Shown here: in pieces, positions 1 through 13,354 of the stretch
How positions within the stretch are numbered: the first letter of the stretch is position 1
Layout: every line of letters starts with the position of its first letter
NCBI GenBank assembly: GCA_036867785.1
Contig: CP145423.1
Coordinates: forward strand, 434,001-498,000
Reading direction: 5' to 3'
Length of the DNA stretch: 64,000 nt
Source: Plasmodiophora brassicae
Lineage: Eukaryota
Made by a program: the position numbers and the translations under genes
The notes under the pieces: model-generated
The model's input: only the letters and a program-made list of their open reading frames with translations
Databases searched by the model: none
Told to the model about the DNA's origin: nothing

Positions 1-19
1 GGTCGCCGTTGTGTGGGTT

Positions 20-985
20 TTAGGTCACCCGTTTCTTCATTTTGTATTGGGGATGTGATTGCGAACGTTCGCGCCCGTGCTGGAGGACCGCGTCGACGAC
101 GAGGTCGGCGCCCTCGACCCAATATAATAGTTTGGCGTACCACGGGACATCGTGCAGGCCTCTGGAGATCGGGTACTCGTTCTGGATGATGACCCAGGTG
201 AGGCCGTAGATGGCGGCCGTCATCAGCGACAGCATGAAGGCGAGTACGACGTCGACCGTGTAGTGCAGACGGGTGGCGACGAAGAAGACGACGCAGACGA
301 GCAGGACGACGGTGCCGGTGACCTTGATGGACCAGTGGACGCGGTCGTGCGTGATCCACACGGCCCAGAGCGAGACGACGGTGGCGGTGTGCCCCGAGAA
401 GATCATATCGGTGCAGGCGCCGTCCATCGACGCCACCATCCGCATCGCCGCGATAATCATCGACCCCCTCTGGATGTACCGCAGGTCGCATTTCGGGTCG
501 GACGGCGGCAAACGGGTGCCCAACAGCGTCAACGTCCTCATGACGTACAGCGCGATCTGGAGAACCGAGAACCGTCTCACCAATCGCAAGCGGTCGGCCG
601 GGTCAACCATGGCGGAGATCGCCGTCGTCATGGCCAGCAGCAGCCAGAGCGGGGCATCCGCGAAACTGACCGGCAGCTCGGTCGGCAGCGACGCGTGGCC
701 CAGGTCGTGCAGCGGACGTCGATACGGCGTCTGCGTGTCCCGCGACTGTACATACGCGAGGAAGTCGGCGTCGGAATCGACCTGGACCAAGGCCATGACA
801 AAGACGACAACGACGGTGACGGCGAACAGCGCCAGGGTGCGCAGGCTCCGCGATCTGATCGGGAGCGACGCCGTCGCGCGCAACGATTCGCGCGTCGTAC
901 CGGGCGCCATGATCGCGCCTGCGAGCCCTGTGACGGCGGACGGCAGCGCCGCCTGAAACAATCGACGTCGTTTCAAAAACGACAT
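20..985 (-). CDS. Sphingomyelin/IPC synthase-family membrane protein (PAP2_C)
   Basis: Multiple TM segments; motifs TRLP, CTDMIFSGHT and HYTVDV match the SMS/IPCS catalytic motifs; first ATG at 985. Confidence 0.85.
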   Translation of the reverse strand: MSFLKRRRLFQAALPSAVTGLAGAIMAPGTTRESLRATASLPIRSRSLRTLALFAVTVVVVFVMALVQVDSDADFLAYVQSRDTQTPYRRPLHDLGHASLPTELPVSFADAPLWLLLAMTTAISAMVDPADRLRLVRRFSVLQIALYVMRTLTLLGTRLPPSDPKCDLRYIQRGSMIIAAMRMVASMDGACTDMIFSGHTATVVSLWAVWITHDRVHWSIKVTGTVVLLVCVVFFVATRLHYTVDVVLAFMLSLMTAAIYGLTWVIIQNEYPISRGLHDVPWYAKLLYWVEGADLVVDAVLQHGRERSQSHPQYKMKKRVT

Positions 986-1138
986 CAATTTTCGGGGGCG
1001 CGCTACGATGGGATTGGACACGGTCACCACGCGCGCGCTGCGCAGTCGCCAGATCGGGACCCCGCGCAAGACTGATACAGCTCACAAGGTCGCGCGCACG
1101 TATGATCGTCATCGTCCCCCGTGACATTATTACGAACC

Positions 1139-3865
1139 TCATTCATGATGTACAATGCGTTCAACGCAGGCAGGGTGGGTGGAGTGGCAGACGAAGCCGA
1201 TGACGCAGAGGTCCTCGATGGCCTGGACGAATCGCGCCTTGACCTCGTCCGGGCTGCCGTGCTGCATGACCTTGAACTTGGAGAAGAGCTGGCCCATGTG
1301 GACGGTGATGGCGTGCGCCTCGCGGATGAACCCCCAGACGACGGCGATGTCGCTGTCGGGACATGCTCTGAACTTGGCGAGCGCGTTCCGCTCCAGGCTA
1401 CCTGGGAACAGCTACAGATAGCAACAGATCAGACGCCAATCGCGAGGGCAGCGTCACCCTGCCGGACCTGCTGAAATGCGGAGACGTCGTCGAAGAAGAA
1501 CCGGTTATGGAACTGCTTGCAGGCCTCAGGTATCGGTCGCAGTCGCTCAGCGATCATGTTCTTCAGCAGGCCGACGACGCGAACGGCCTCGCGTTTCACC
1601 GACTCCTGTTTCAGCAAGCTGCTGCCCAGCGACGACTGCGTCGTGAACAACCTCCTAATACAGAACGCACGTGTTAGAGGGTAGTGCCATTGAGAGGCAG
1701 ATGAGCACGCGCAACGCTGACTTTGACTGTCGCCCGAACTTCTGGGACATCCGGCCAACTAGATCGGCATCGGCTTGCCCGTCCGTGCCCGGGTTCTCCA
1801 CCCGGAACAGGACTTGCTGAAGTTGATCGGCCAGGTCGACTGTCTCCGGAGCGATCGCCAACAGCTCCGTCCAGGGCCTCACAATGGTCGTCAACCGCAG
1901 GGCCTTGTCGACCGATTCCACAGACTTGAAGAACGAGTCCAGAATAGGAGTGCTTGCCGACCCATTGGCAAGCTCGCCGTACAGGTCCAGGAGCAATGAC
2001 GGCGACGGCTGCGCGCTTCCCGTTCCGCTGACAATAGCCGCAACCAGGCGAATCGTCCTCCAGTACGCCGAGCGATACAGTCTTGCCTGTCTGGCACTGC
2101 CTTGGTTCCTGGGCGACACGCCTTCCAGCTCACTATCAGCATCACCGGCGACATATTCTGCCCATTCGCAGGCCTTATCCGGGCGGGCTCGTATATGCAG
2201 CAGGATTGCCAGTCGGAAATCGGCAGCCAGGCCACGAATCGACGTGTTCGACGACCGGAACCGGTACCGGATCTGCTCCACGATTCGCGGGCCAAGTTGC
2301 ACAGGAAACGCGTCGGCGCAGACGAAGTGGTCCAGGAACGGCGCCTCGAACGACAGCGCCGGGGCAACAGGGAACACCTGCATGCTGAGCGCCTGCGTCG
2401 TTCGCGCCCACAACAGCTCTTCAAGAACGTGCACGGACGACGAAACGCCGACAATCAGTGCAAGGCCGATCGTGGACGCCATCGTCGACAGCGTCGTCAG
2501 CCGCTGGATGAACGCGTTCAGGACGCCCTGCGGGACGCTTTCGACACTGTCCACGATGATCGCCAGTAACGACGACGACGCGGCTTTGGCAAGTTGCTCA
2601 TCGGGACGTTTGTTCTTCGGCCGGGCAGCGATGATGGGTGTCTTGGGAGCATCCACCGGGCCGGATTCCGCCCTTGGACGAAGAGAGGGACGGGCGGCGG
2701 AGGAGGACGACGACGACGACCTCGACAGGGAGGGCACCCGCAGGGATTCGTAGACCGTCCACATGAGGTCGACGACGTTCGAGCAGGAGTCGGTGGGTGC
2801 GACGCGGCACACTTGAATTCCAGCACGAAGCAGGTGCGACGCGAGCTCGTGGAACAGCAACGCGTTGTCGGCGCGATTGACCCCCGCCTGAATCACGGCG
2901 GTCTGGAGCTCGGCCGGGTGCCTCATCAGGCGGCTGTTGGTGACGAACGTCGTCACGGCTGCGAACAGCGCCGCATTGGCACTGGCGATCGCGCTGGACA
3001 CGTACCGGTCCACTCCCGTCGCCAGCGACCGGTAAAGCTTCATCGCGGGCGGCGCTCCTGCTCGCGCTCCGGACGCCTTTCCCGGGCGAAACTGTATGGA
3101 CGAGCTGATCGTCATGGCACTGATGTCGCCGGTGATGCCAAGCGTGTCGGTGTCGTCCTCATCGCTGTCCTCAGTCGTGGCCTCGCCTGACTCGGACGAC
3201 GTGTCGTCCTCACCGCTGTCATCATCAGTCTCTGCGTAGTCGTCCGAGGATCCCCCGGTTCCCACATCGTCGTCGTCGGATTCGTCGCCCGTCGGTTCGC
3301 TGCATACGTCCTGGCGTTCGTCGGCGTGCTCGTTGCAGTAGAACATCGGGCCATCAGCGTCGGTGAGTCGCAGGCGCCCGGCCTGGAGAGCGCAGGACGC
3401 ATGGCCGACACGACAGCACTGTGCACACTCGCAGTGAACCATCTGCCCGCTTTGCCGATTGCAGAACGAGCACCGGGGCGCCGATCGGCTCGGTCTGGAA
3501 TCGAAGTCGGGCTCCAGCTCGCGAAGGTTGACACAATTCCGCCCGTCCAGGGCGGCCATGTCGTTCGCGCGTACGCAGACGGCGTGCGCCCATGGTGACT
3601 TGCCGTCGTCCGCGCCGGTAGACACCATGGCCGGCGATGTCGGCGCTTTCCGCCACAGCACCCGACAGAGAACGCACTCCTTGTCGGTGAACCCCTGCCG
3701 GCAGGCGTCGCAGAACCACGCCTTCTCACGCGGCAGCCGCCGCATCCCGTAGCACGCCAGATGCAGGCAGACGTTGCACCCATCACAGTACAGCATCTGG
3801 TAGACGCCGGCGCCCGCGTCCACATCGCCGCAGACACCGCACGGGGCATCCGCGTCCGTGTCCAT
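1139..3865 (-). CDS. ORC3: Origin recognition complex subunit 3 with N-terminal PHD + extended PHD (PZP-like) module; multi-exon
   Basis: N-terminal CGVC..CDGC..HLAC..WFCDAC and CVLC..HAVC..CSFC..C..HASC..CNEH; ORC3-like TAVIQAGVNRADNALLF, IIVDSVES and LIVGVSSS; C-terminal winged-helix-like ARFVQAIEDLCVIGF in the last exon. Confidence 0.75.
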
Positions 3866-4121
3866 TTGTTGCTGCGACCGCTCGCACCAGGCGGACCGGG
3901 GGCACTTCGTCGGATTTCGCGTTCCCCAAACGAACATTTCTGACGTTTTTTTTGGACCGATTGTTGAAGTCGCCGCCCCCATCATCGACCTCCACGTTGC
4001 CAGTCAAGGACGCAAGGCGCACGCTTATTCCGAGAGCAGCGCGGTCTGGGTAAAGCCAGTGCGCGTCGATGGCGATCGGGTCGTAGATCGTTACCAGTCA
4101 CAGGACAATTGTGGTGTCATC

Positions 4122-5548
4122 ATGGAGCCCCGTCGTCTCCGGGATAACCTGGCGGACGTTCGCGCGGTCCGATGTGTGCCATGGGAGGGTGCCCCTCCGC
4201 GCAGGGCTAACGCGTTTGTTCAGGCCGGCGTGCACTTCCCGAAGCCGCCTGACGACACGGTCCTGTTGAAGTTCGGCGGGGAGGACGACGAACCGGAACA
4301 GGGGGTGGTGCGTGACACGAGGACGTATGGCTCGATACCGCTCAAAGACGAAAGGGAACCGGTAAGGCGTTCGGTAACGCGCGCGACCCAGGCAGCTGAC
4401 GTCCGACCCCAGGGCGAGAACATCATCGCGCGCGCACCGCTGTCGGAGCTGTCCGAATGGTTCGAGACGAAGAAGGAGTCGATCTACAGGCGCAGCAAGC
4501 GGGAACCGTTGGGCAGACCGTACATACGCGGGACCGCCTTCCCGCCCAGCATCACGGACAACAAAGACTTCCGGTTCGGCAAGGTGTCTGTACGCGGAAC
4601 GGCGACCGCTGGGGAGGCCCTGTTCCCGCCCCCCTCCGAAGGCGCCAAGTGGATGCGCAAGACCGACAAGGAGGCACTCGCAGACGACAGGCGCGTCACC
4701 GGCAAACGTACACGTTGGCCTGCGAGTCGGCATCCGGCTGCACTGATCGTGTATGCAGTGCAATTCAGGTACGACTGGGCGCGCGCGGGCATTGCTGACC
4801 CCGAACAGCACCGGTTCGGGTCGCCGCCGCTCGGCGCCGTCCAGGAATCCGCCGCCCAAAGCCTGCACGACGACGACGCGCTTCGTATCACAACACGTCG
4901 CCTGCTCGATAACCTCCAGCAGCGGAAGATGGAGGTCGGCAAGCCGCACAACCCACCGTATGCGCGTTGCCGTCCATTGCTGTCACCCTGCTCGACCGGG
5001 GGATGAACGCCTCGCCTCTAGGAGCTTTGTCAAGCGGCTTCCCGCGGATCATCGGTTCGGGATGAGCGCGCAGAGCACCCAGTCCTGGGGCGCTCGCGAG
5101 TGCATCAGCGACCTGGACTCGATCGTCACCAGCGTGCACGACGCTGAGATTGGGCGGCCGAGCCTGGCGGACCAGGAACGCGCGGCCGAAATCCCAGACA
5201 TCATGCACGGCGTCGCCTCGGTTCGGGGCGAAGCGCGTGCAACGGCCCGCAACGCCATCTGCCCGCCCAAACTCGGCGACGAGTTCACCGTCAGACGGAC
5301 GGCCATCGAGATTCGCGACATCTGGCAGTCCAGCGGTCTGGACACCACAGGCCCTGTGTTCGACGAGGCCATCGCGCAGGCCAAGGCGTAAGACGATTGG
5401 CGCGCGGTGATCCCGACCTGCGCTTGTTGAGGCATGTCTGCCCGCTAGGGACTTCCACGATGCGATCCCGCTCGACGAGTTCACGGCGTTGTACAACGAG
5501 GTTCGCAAGAGACACGACGACGGGTCGTGGGCGGTCGCCGGCCAATAA
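4122..5548 (+). CDS. EFHB/CFAP21-like flagellar microtubule protein; multi-exon
   Basis: KKESIYRRSKREPLGRPY..FRFG and HRFG motifs typical of EFHB; C-terminal EF-hand-like segment. Confidence 0.65.
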
Positions 5549-5668
5549 AGAACGTGCGCCAGGCGCCCCTGTTGAGCAGCAAGTCGCGCAGGCCAACTTG
5601 TTCCAGGCGCGGCGACGAGCCAGGGGACATTGTATAAGACGGTCGTCGGAAGCGCGGCCCGCTGCCGT

Positions 5669-6891
5669 ATGACGAGGTCGGCTGTCGAGACGGCCGTGCC
5701 GGTGCTGGTAGCCGTCGCGGTTGGCCTCGGGTATGCGACCGCGTCGACGGCCCTGGTTGGGAACGCGACGACGGTGTGCCTTGGGACGGACCCCGTCACG
5801 GGAGCGACGTACACGCCCTGCCAGCAGAGGACGCGCTTGACGGGGGCGTTCGCCAGCAGCTGTGGCGCGGTCTGGTCCCAGCAACCGGTGCGGGTCGACC
5901 TCGGGTTCCAGGCGACGTTCTCGTTCCAGGTGTCGAATGCGACCGGATGGTGCCCTCATAACATGGTTTCTGGCCGGGCGAATTGTGCTACCTCGTCATA
6001 TTGCTGAACGACCTGGGCCCCCTCCCAGAACGCATACAAACGGTGCCGGGCCAGGGGCGGCCATGGTTTGGCGCTCGTCCTGCACAACGACCCCACAATG
6101 GCTTCGTTAGGTTCACTGCTTGGTAGGACGAGCCAGAAGTTCCAGTCCCGCTCTGAGACGTTCTCCAGGGTCCTGCCTGGAAGGCCTGGGCTACACGGGT
6201 ATCAACAACAGGTGGGTTGGGCTCCTCAAGCACTATATCGGCGATTCACCCTCGGCATAGTCTGGCGGTTGAGCTTGACATGGTGGGGAACGTGTGCCCA
6301 TACGAGCCGCGAATGTGGACCATCGCTGACGCGGCTGTCGGGTAGTGGCACGACGACCAGCTGTACGACATGTACGACAACCACATGGCGATCCAGACAA
6401 TGTCGACGTCGGCGAACACGAACGACCACCGGCACACGTACGGCGGGTCGCCCGACATACCCGACCTGGCCAGCGGGCAGAACCACACGGTGCGGCTGGT
6501 CTACGAGCCCACCGTCGACATCACGATCCTGCAGTCGGAGACCTGCGCCCAGCGGTACGCTTGCGACCGGTTTCAGTCCACCGCCCAGGTCCGCCCCACC
6601 TGGTCGTGAACGTTCATTGCAATGACGACCGGTTGGCCCCAGTTCGCGTCCATGCTGCCGACGGTGTACGCGTCCGCGCCCGGGATGGGCACGGCCTGGG
6701 CGTACCTGGACGACATGGTGGAGCCGCGGTTCATCGTCCCGATCTACTTCCCGGCGCTGCTGAACCTAACCGCGGGCACCAGCCTCTACGTCGGGCTGAC
6801 CGCCGCCACTGGCGCCGTCCAGTTCCAGGTGCACGACGTGTTCGGGTTCACGTTCTGCTCCGGTGGCACCTGCTCGCAAATCCTCCCATAA
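5669..6891 (+). CDS. Secreted legume (L-type) lectin-domain protein; multi-exon
   Basis: Hydrophobic N-terminus; GAVWSQQPVRVDLGFQATFSF, GLALVLHND and YVGLTAATG motifs of L-lectins. Confidence 0.7.
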
Positions 6892-6966
6892 ACGCGTCCA
6901 GCGCGCGTAGAAACAATCGAATTCGTGCCACGTATGAATTGACGTTGCGTATCAGGGGGGCGCCGG

Positions 6967-8020
6967 CTACGACGCCTTCGTCTCGAGACCGAGCGCGCCG
7001 AGAGCAGCACGAAACGCGACCTCCGCGATGGGCAGGTGCTCCTTCGTTGCTGTGTGACGCAGCGATGTCAGCCGGCGGGCGCGTTCGCAGGCCCGGAAGG
7101 CACGACGATTCTACCTACCTTGCCGGAAACCGTCCAGCGTCAGCGTGTCGGCCGGGCTGACCCCGTTCGCGTAATTGTCGACCGAGCAGATCAAGGCGTA
7201 CGGTCTGCGATGGGGCACGTCAGCGCGTGCCGCTCAGGGCATCCAGGAGCATCAGCCTACATCCCAAGCTCGTTGGCCAGCGTCGCCTCATTCGCGCACG
7301 TCATGCCGACCACGTCGCCGTCTCGTGCCATGGCGCGAATTTCGGCTGACCGCATCAGAATCGTCAGCGATGGGGACGCGCGCGCGCCACGATAGATGCG
7401 TTCGACCTTTGGTCTCGAACCGGGGCCCTCGGCTCTGGTAGTAGACACCTTCGTCAACGACGCGGATGGCGTTGGCCGCCGCCAATCGCGTCGTCCAGGA
7501 CAGCAGCCGTTGCCGAAGCGCGGTGTGGAACCCGGGGACGGCGTGCGACGATTCGTCCTCGCTCATCGAGACGATGTGGAAGGGCGAGAAGTAGTCGTCG
7601 GGGACGACGAGCGACCCGACGGGAATGTCGCGTCGCAGGCTGCCCGCCGACCCGATCCCGACGACGGCCGCGACGTTCTACAGACACAGCATTATGCTCC
7701 GGACGGGACGTCATGGCGATCCCCCCGCGTACGAAATGGTGCTTCAGCGCCCACCAGATCGCCTGGAAGTTGATCCGGGTCGGGATCCGGTACGCGCGGT
7801 CGGCCGTGCACCGGTGGCGCTGCACGAACACGACGCCGACGGCCGCGATCGTCGCACAGGTGACGGCGACGTCGCCGAACGGCGTCGTCACGTCGCGCGA
7901 CAGACACGCCCCGTCGCCCAGCCAGTGATGGGCGCTCTGCAGGAACGACGACCCGGCGATGACGGCGACGGGCCCGCCGTCCAGCGTCGTCGTCGTGGGG
8001 TGCGACGCAGACGGCGCCAT
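6967..8020 (-). CDS. MTAP: S-methyl-5'-thioadenosine phosphorylase / purine nucleoside phosphorylase; multi-exon
   Basis: VAVIAGSS, TPFGD, FVQRH, RINFQA, GPRFET, DVVGMT..EATLANELG and SVDNYANG motifs. Confidence 0.85.
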
Positions 8021-8118
8021 GCCGAAACAGGTGCACCACCCGACGCCACCCCCGAACGTTTCACTCCGGCACGGTTGGTGTGAGGTCTGAAACGGGTGAC
8101 GCTAAGCTCGCCAGCGCG

Positions 8119-9744
8119 CTATGCCATGGTATGTCTGCATGAATATATTACAGGAGCCCTGTGCCCGCCATGCCCTGTGGTTGGGATGCCCATGAGCAGA
8201 GCGCTGGCGACGTCGGTCGCGCGTGATTGGGGTACCTTTCTTAGGACAATGTCCCTGACGGCGCTAAACACGTGGATGACGTTGGCCTCGTCGGTGGCGT
8301 TCGTCATGTGGCAGTAGATGCCCCTGGACGGGGTGCGGTTCCTGGCTATGACGAGCTCCATGAAGAACTGGGACGCTGCGGCGACGTTGGCCCCTATGCC
8401 GGCAACGTTCGGGGCGACCATTCCGACAGGCGTTTGACGTGTTTACCTCCAGTGTACTGCGGGAAGTAATCGGAGATGGGGACTTTGGTGACCTTCTTGG
8501 CCAGAAGGTCCATCTTGTTCAGGAACACGATGATGTCGACTTTGGTGAACCACTTCGAGTTGACGGTCTCCTCGAACAGCTCGAGCGCCTCCGTCATCCG
8601 GTTCACGTTCTCGTCTTCGAACAGCACCTGGTCGTATTCCGACAGCGCAATGACGAAGATGACGGCCGTGACGTTCTCGAAGCAGTGGACTACAGAAGCG
8701 ACGTTCAGCGACGGTCAGGGAACGTCCGGATCGGCCAGCCTGCTGACTCCATTTCTTCCTCTCGTTCCTCTGCCCGCCGACATCGAAGATGTCGAACACG
8801 GTGCCGCTGATCTTGAACCGCGTCTCCAGTATGCCCGTTGTTCTGATACGTGACATAAGAATGTCCTGCATGCAGATACCATGAGTTGTTAAGGACCACA
8901 TTGTTCCCCCCAAACCCTACCGTATCGGTTGGCGTGTAGGTCGGCTCGGCAAGAGCCGCTGCTCTCTCAAAGAAGTATTGGGCGCAGTCAGGCACCTGTT
9001 GGCGGCGCGTTGTTAGCCCCGTCACCAGTCCCAGATAGAACAGTACCTGTCAACAGACCTGGTAATGAGATCGCAGCTCGAACGCCGCCTTCAGAGCGGG
9101 GTCGTTCCACAGCTCAGCGATAAGCTCAGCGGTCTGCCGAATCCTTCACAATCTAGATAGATCGTCCGGCACACGACGTTACCCGTGCGGTGTAATCGGC
9201 TTCGTTGGCCGCGTGCAGGGCTAGTTCATCGCGGAGCGGCAGACGAGCCGGCTGCAGAACGTTCAGTGGGTGTCTAGCAGTTGCCGTCGACGACCTACCG
9301 ATAGCGTCATCCCGATTTCCGGCTCGAGGCGGACAGCGGCCCTGATCACGGTCAGCAGGAACTCGGCAACGTTCATCATGATCGTGCGCTTGTAGTCCTC
9401 CATCTCCTGTTTGGAGAACCCGACGCCATAGATCCGCTTCATCTGCCGGTACAATGTCGACTTGCCGGATTCACCTGTCGGTTCGAATGTGAACCCGGGA
9501 GGAGGGAAGCAAAGGGCGAGGCGCGCGCGTTCTGAAACGGACCTGCCCCCAGGAGCAGTAACTTTTTCACGCGGGACGCCTGCTGCTGCGTCCTTTCGAC
9601 ATCCACATCGATCTCCCGCGATATGACGACCTCCTCCCGCAGCGTCCGCGGCAGCGGCGAATCAAAGTTCGGCCGGACCTGCACCTCGGCGTTAGGGCCC
9701 GCGCGGGCCCCAGGCGCCGACCGCTTCGCGCAGCAGGCGCCCAT
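8119..9744 (-). CDS. Heterotrimeric G protein alpha subunit; multi-exon (3' end approximate)
   Basis: MGACC lipidation start; LLLLGAG/ESGKST split by an intron; [29 protein letters not shown]. Confidence 0.93.
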
Positions 9745-9987
9745 CGGAGCTGCCTGGAACGGCTCTGTGTGTGACGTCGACCAGGGGAACGAACAGGCGT
9801 GTGGTCTGTGACGAACGTCGCCTGCACGGGCAAGGTCAACGTGGCACGAATGCACAGCTCCTACAGCGGCGTCGCTCGCGGTGCACGAGCGCTCTAACCA
9901 CACAACCTGTTGTGTTTATACTATTCCATTCTAGGACGTTATGCAAATAGTCTACCTTTGGTTACGCGACGGTCACAGGATGCTGTG

Positions 9988-10760
9988 CTACGAGGAACGG
10001 CGTTGTCGACGCGCCCGGCCATGTGCCGTCGTGGTGGTCGCCTCCGACGTCGTTGACCAGGTTGCCATCACGGACGACAGGCCGTCGTCGCGGCCTCGCT
10101 TGCAGCCGGGCGACCCGAACGCCGACCAGTTCGACGCCAGGACCGGGTGCGTCACCTTCTGCACATCGGCCGACGCTCCAGGCGCGAGAACGGGCGGCGT
10201 GCTGAGCGACGACGGCTCCGGAAGTGCCGAACAGAAGATCGGGTTTCGGATCGTGAGCTCCTCGCCGGTTGCGTGGCGGCCGTGACCGTTGATTGGGCTT
10301 GAGAGATCGACTTGGCGGCTTGCTGCGCTGGTTGGCGACGAGTTCGGGACGCGCATGGGGATAACACGAGGGGCGATCGGCGTCTTCATGGACGGGAGCG
10401 ACGTGACAAAGTACGGGCGCGGCTCGACCGGCACACTGACCGGATGAGACTGCGGCGATATCGCAGCCAGAACCGTGTTCGTGTACGGGTACCTGAATCG
10501 CGCATCAGTACCATATATTTCTACGGGGGAACTCGGAATCGGATCGCCCACCAGTGCGGGTCTGGGACGACGACCGTGGACGGCGTCGACGCCAGCCCGC
10601 CGGTGCCGGCCGGGAAGATCGACATGTGCAGCGTGTCGGCGTTCGGGTCAAACACCCAGCCCAGCATGCGGGCCAGTCCACCAGCACCTACAGGTATGGA
10701 CGCGACGATGATGCCGTTCGACGCAGGCAACTGCGCCGTCGACTGAGACGCGACGCGCAC
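9988..10760 (-). CDS. Hypothetical Pro/Ser-rich protein (structure uncertain)
   Basis: Open frames filling the gap between G-alpha and the next gene; no recognisable motif. Confidence 0.3.
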
Positions 10761-11066
10761 GCCGCCCCGTGCTACGTAGCCGCCCGACTGAGGGCCCGTC
10801 CCCCCAGGTACCTATTTCTGGAGGCGCACGTCGCCGCGCCTCAGTGGCCAGTGGGAAACTGCAGTTGCGCAGTGCGTGAAGGGCGGCGTCCACAATCCAC
10901 ACCACACAGATTGGCCTTGGCCCTCGGATCGGTACCGCAGTCGTTTCTGAAGCGGGCGGCCGCGGTTGCAGATCTTGACGCGGTTCGATTGCGTTGATAC
11001 AGATGCCTCCGCGATCGATTTCGGGGTACCCCGGGTGGGTGACGGCGCGCTTAATCCGCACCAGCG

Positions 11067-12954
11067 ATGGTGGCCGAGGAGATCGTTCCACAGCAGCCGC
11101 CGCGATTCAGAGCACTAGTCCTCAATGCAATGTCGATGCCGATCCCGAAACAAATACGAACAGGAGCGACGAGAAAGAAGGGGGCGACCCCGCCGGCGAC
11201 GTCGGTGAAGACGAGATCGGCGCCGTCGCCGGCTCCCGCCGGGCCAGCCCTCGACAGCGCTGTCGATGCGGACATCGATCCCGGTGAAGACGACACAATG
11301 GCCGTCGAGTCACGGCTGATGGGTCGAAACCCGACCTCGCTGGGGTTGCGACAAACCCGGACCCATCTTCGGCAGCACCCGCGAGTCGTCAGTGCTCTGC
11401 AGATGCACTGGTGGGTTGCGTGTGGCGGTCGCAGGCTGGCGCGCTGCACGCGATCGGAATTCACAGCCGCGTATGCACGATGGCTCCTTGCATCGGTTCC
11501 CGGGATCGATCCTGCTCACGCCGACAAGGTCGCCGTCATCGAATGGAACCAATCCAAGAAGCGTCTGACATCGTACTGTTTCGCCGACAAGCTGTTTGCA
11601 TTAGCACATCACTGGTAACTCGTTCTGCATCGGTCGTCTTGCGCTCTCAATTCAGACGAGTTTCATCAGGTGTCATACGCTGAGTCCCGATGAGTACGAT
11701 CGTTTCCTCTCGGCACTGTTCCATCGAACAGTGGTCGCCGACTGGAACGCGCTGCGGTTCAGCTGGCGACCTGTGGATCGGATCGTAGCCATGCAGGAGA
11801 AAGAGCACCTAGATGCCGCAATGCAATCTCTGCCATTCCCCAATCCGGTATCGGCGTTCCAGGAGCCTGCTTCGGATAGCGACGCAGAGTCATGGACGCT
11901 TGCGAAGAGCGTCGATCCACCTGACCATGTCGTCGAACAGCAACAACAACCGACTCCACGTACTGGCCAGCAATTACGACAACAACAAGAGCAGCGGGAC
12001 CAGCCCCCACAAAAAGCACAAGAGCAAGAGCAACGGCAGCAACAAGAGCGTCAGCAGCCGGAACCACCGCCGGGGACGCTGCCTTCGGCGGACGTGGCTC
12101 GCGCCGAACCATCATTGCCTGCAAAGAAGACCAATGGGTCCTTCATATCCCCAGCAAAGCTACCAGTCACCGGCAAGAGGTCTCGACTGACGAACTTCGC
12201 CAAGCTAAGACTACTGAGAGGAATTCGGCCCACGCGACCCGGCGCTCCCAATCCGATGCTCAGGAACGCTGCCCCGAAGCCGATTCCGCCGCCGATTCGG
12301 CTGCGTCTCATCGTGGGACGTAACGATGATTCCGCTCAAAGCGCGGACAGCGCCAGCTCGTCGAGCGAGAGCATGGATACAAGGCCGGCGAGGAATGGGA
12401 CCCGATCTTCGCTCGCAGCGCCGCTAGCCGGAAGCGCCAGCTGCACAAATGTCATCATGGACAAGGGATCCGAAATTGACTTCAGCAAGCCAATTGCCAA
12501 GGTTGGGGTTGCTGAGCGACGAAAAGACGACGGGCATGTGCGCGTGGCGAAGACAATGTCGAAAGCACGACCGCACGTCAAGACCAAACGCGTGACAAGG
12601 GCGAAGGTCAGTGTCAGGAAATCGGAACCCAAGATGAGGACGATCGAGGACATCGTGTCGATGACGGTCGAGAGCGTTGACTGGAGCCGGATAAGATGTG
12701 ACTTTAAGACACAGGAGCTGGGCATCATCGACGTCCCCGATAAAATGGCGCCGACTGAACCGTGCCCCGATCCTGCATCGCAGACGCGCCGGACGACCGG
12801 CAAGAAGGCCAAGGCAAGATCGAAAGCCAAAACGAAACGAGGGCGTCGGAAACCGTCCTCAGCGAAGCGGCCGGCCACTATCCACCTGCGGACCGAGGTG
12901 CCGGAAGGCGGTGACGACGAACCTGGGGAGACCCGGCCTCTACCCGGTTCGTAA
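11067..12954 (+). CDS. Hypothetical protein with a helical N-terminal domain and Q/P/K-rich disordered tail; one likely intron ~11615-11670
   Basis: Two long ORFs joined by a GT..AG intron (LFALAHHW/CHTLSPDEYDRFLSALF). Confidence 0.55.
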
Positions 12955-13354
12955 CATTCGTCGCGTAGGCTGGGACAGCAATAATACATTCATTAATCGG
13001 TATAGAGCACATCGAATGGATTCTGCGCCTGTGTGCTGCATCGTGGAGATTTCCTGCCCAGGATATTGTACATTCGGCAGGCGCATGCACGCGTGCAGTT
13101 GCGCGCGCAACTCCGTGGGGGCGTCCAGTCGCGTGTAGCCTATTTGTGGAACGCCGAGTCGCCGACGCTTACGTAGCTCATCACCCGAACCCAAAAGCAG
13201 CTCGCGTTAGTCCGTGGGGTCGGCAGAACCAGGCGACGATCGGTCCAGGGTCCTCGGATTGCAGGAGCAGCCTGACGTCGACGCGTATAGCAGTCACAGG
13301 TAGAGCAGCGCGAACTAGTATTCAACGGGCTGTTTCAGATCGTCCCGCAGAGTG

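Noticed and set aside
152-1075. Long antisense/overlapping ORFs here and throughout the window
   Set aside because: Shadow ORFs expected from high GC3; no recognisable motifs.
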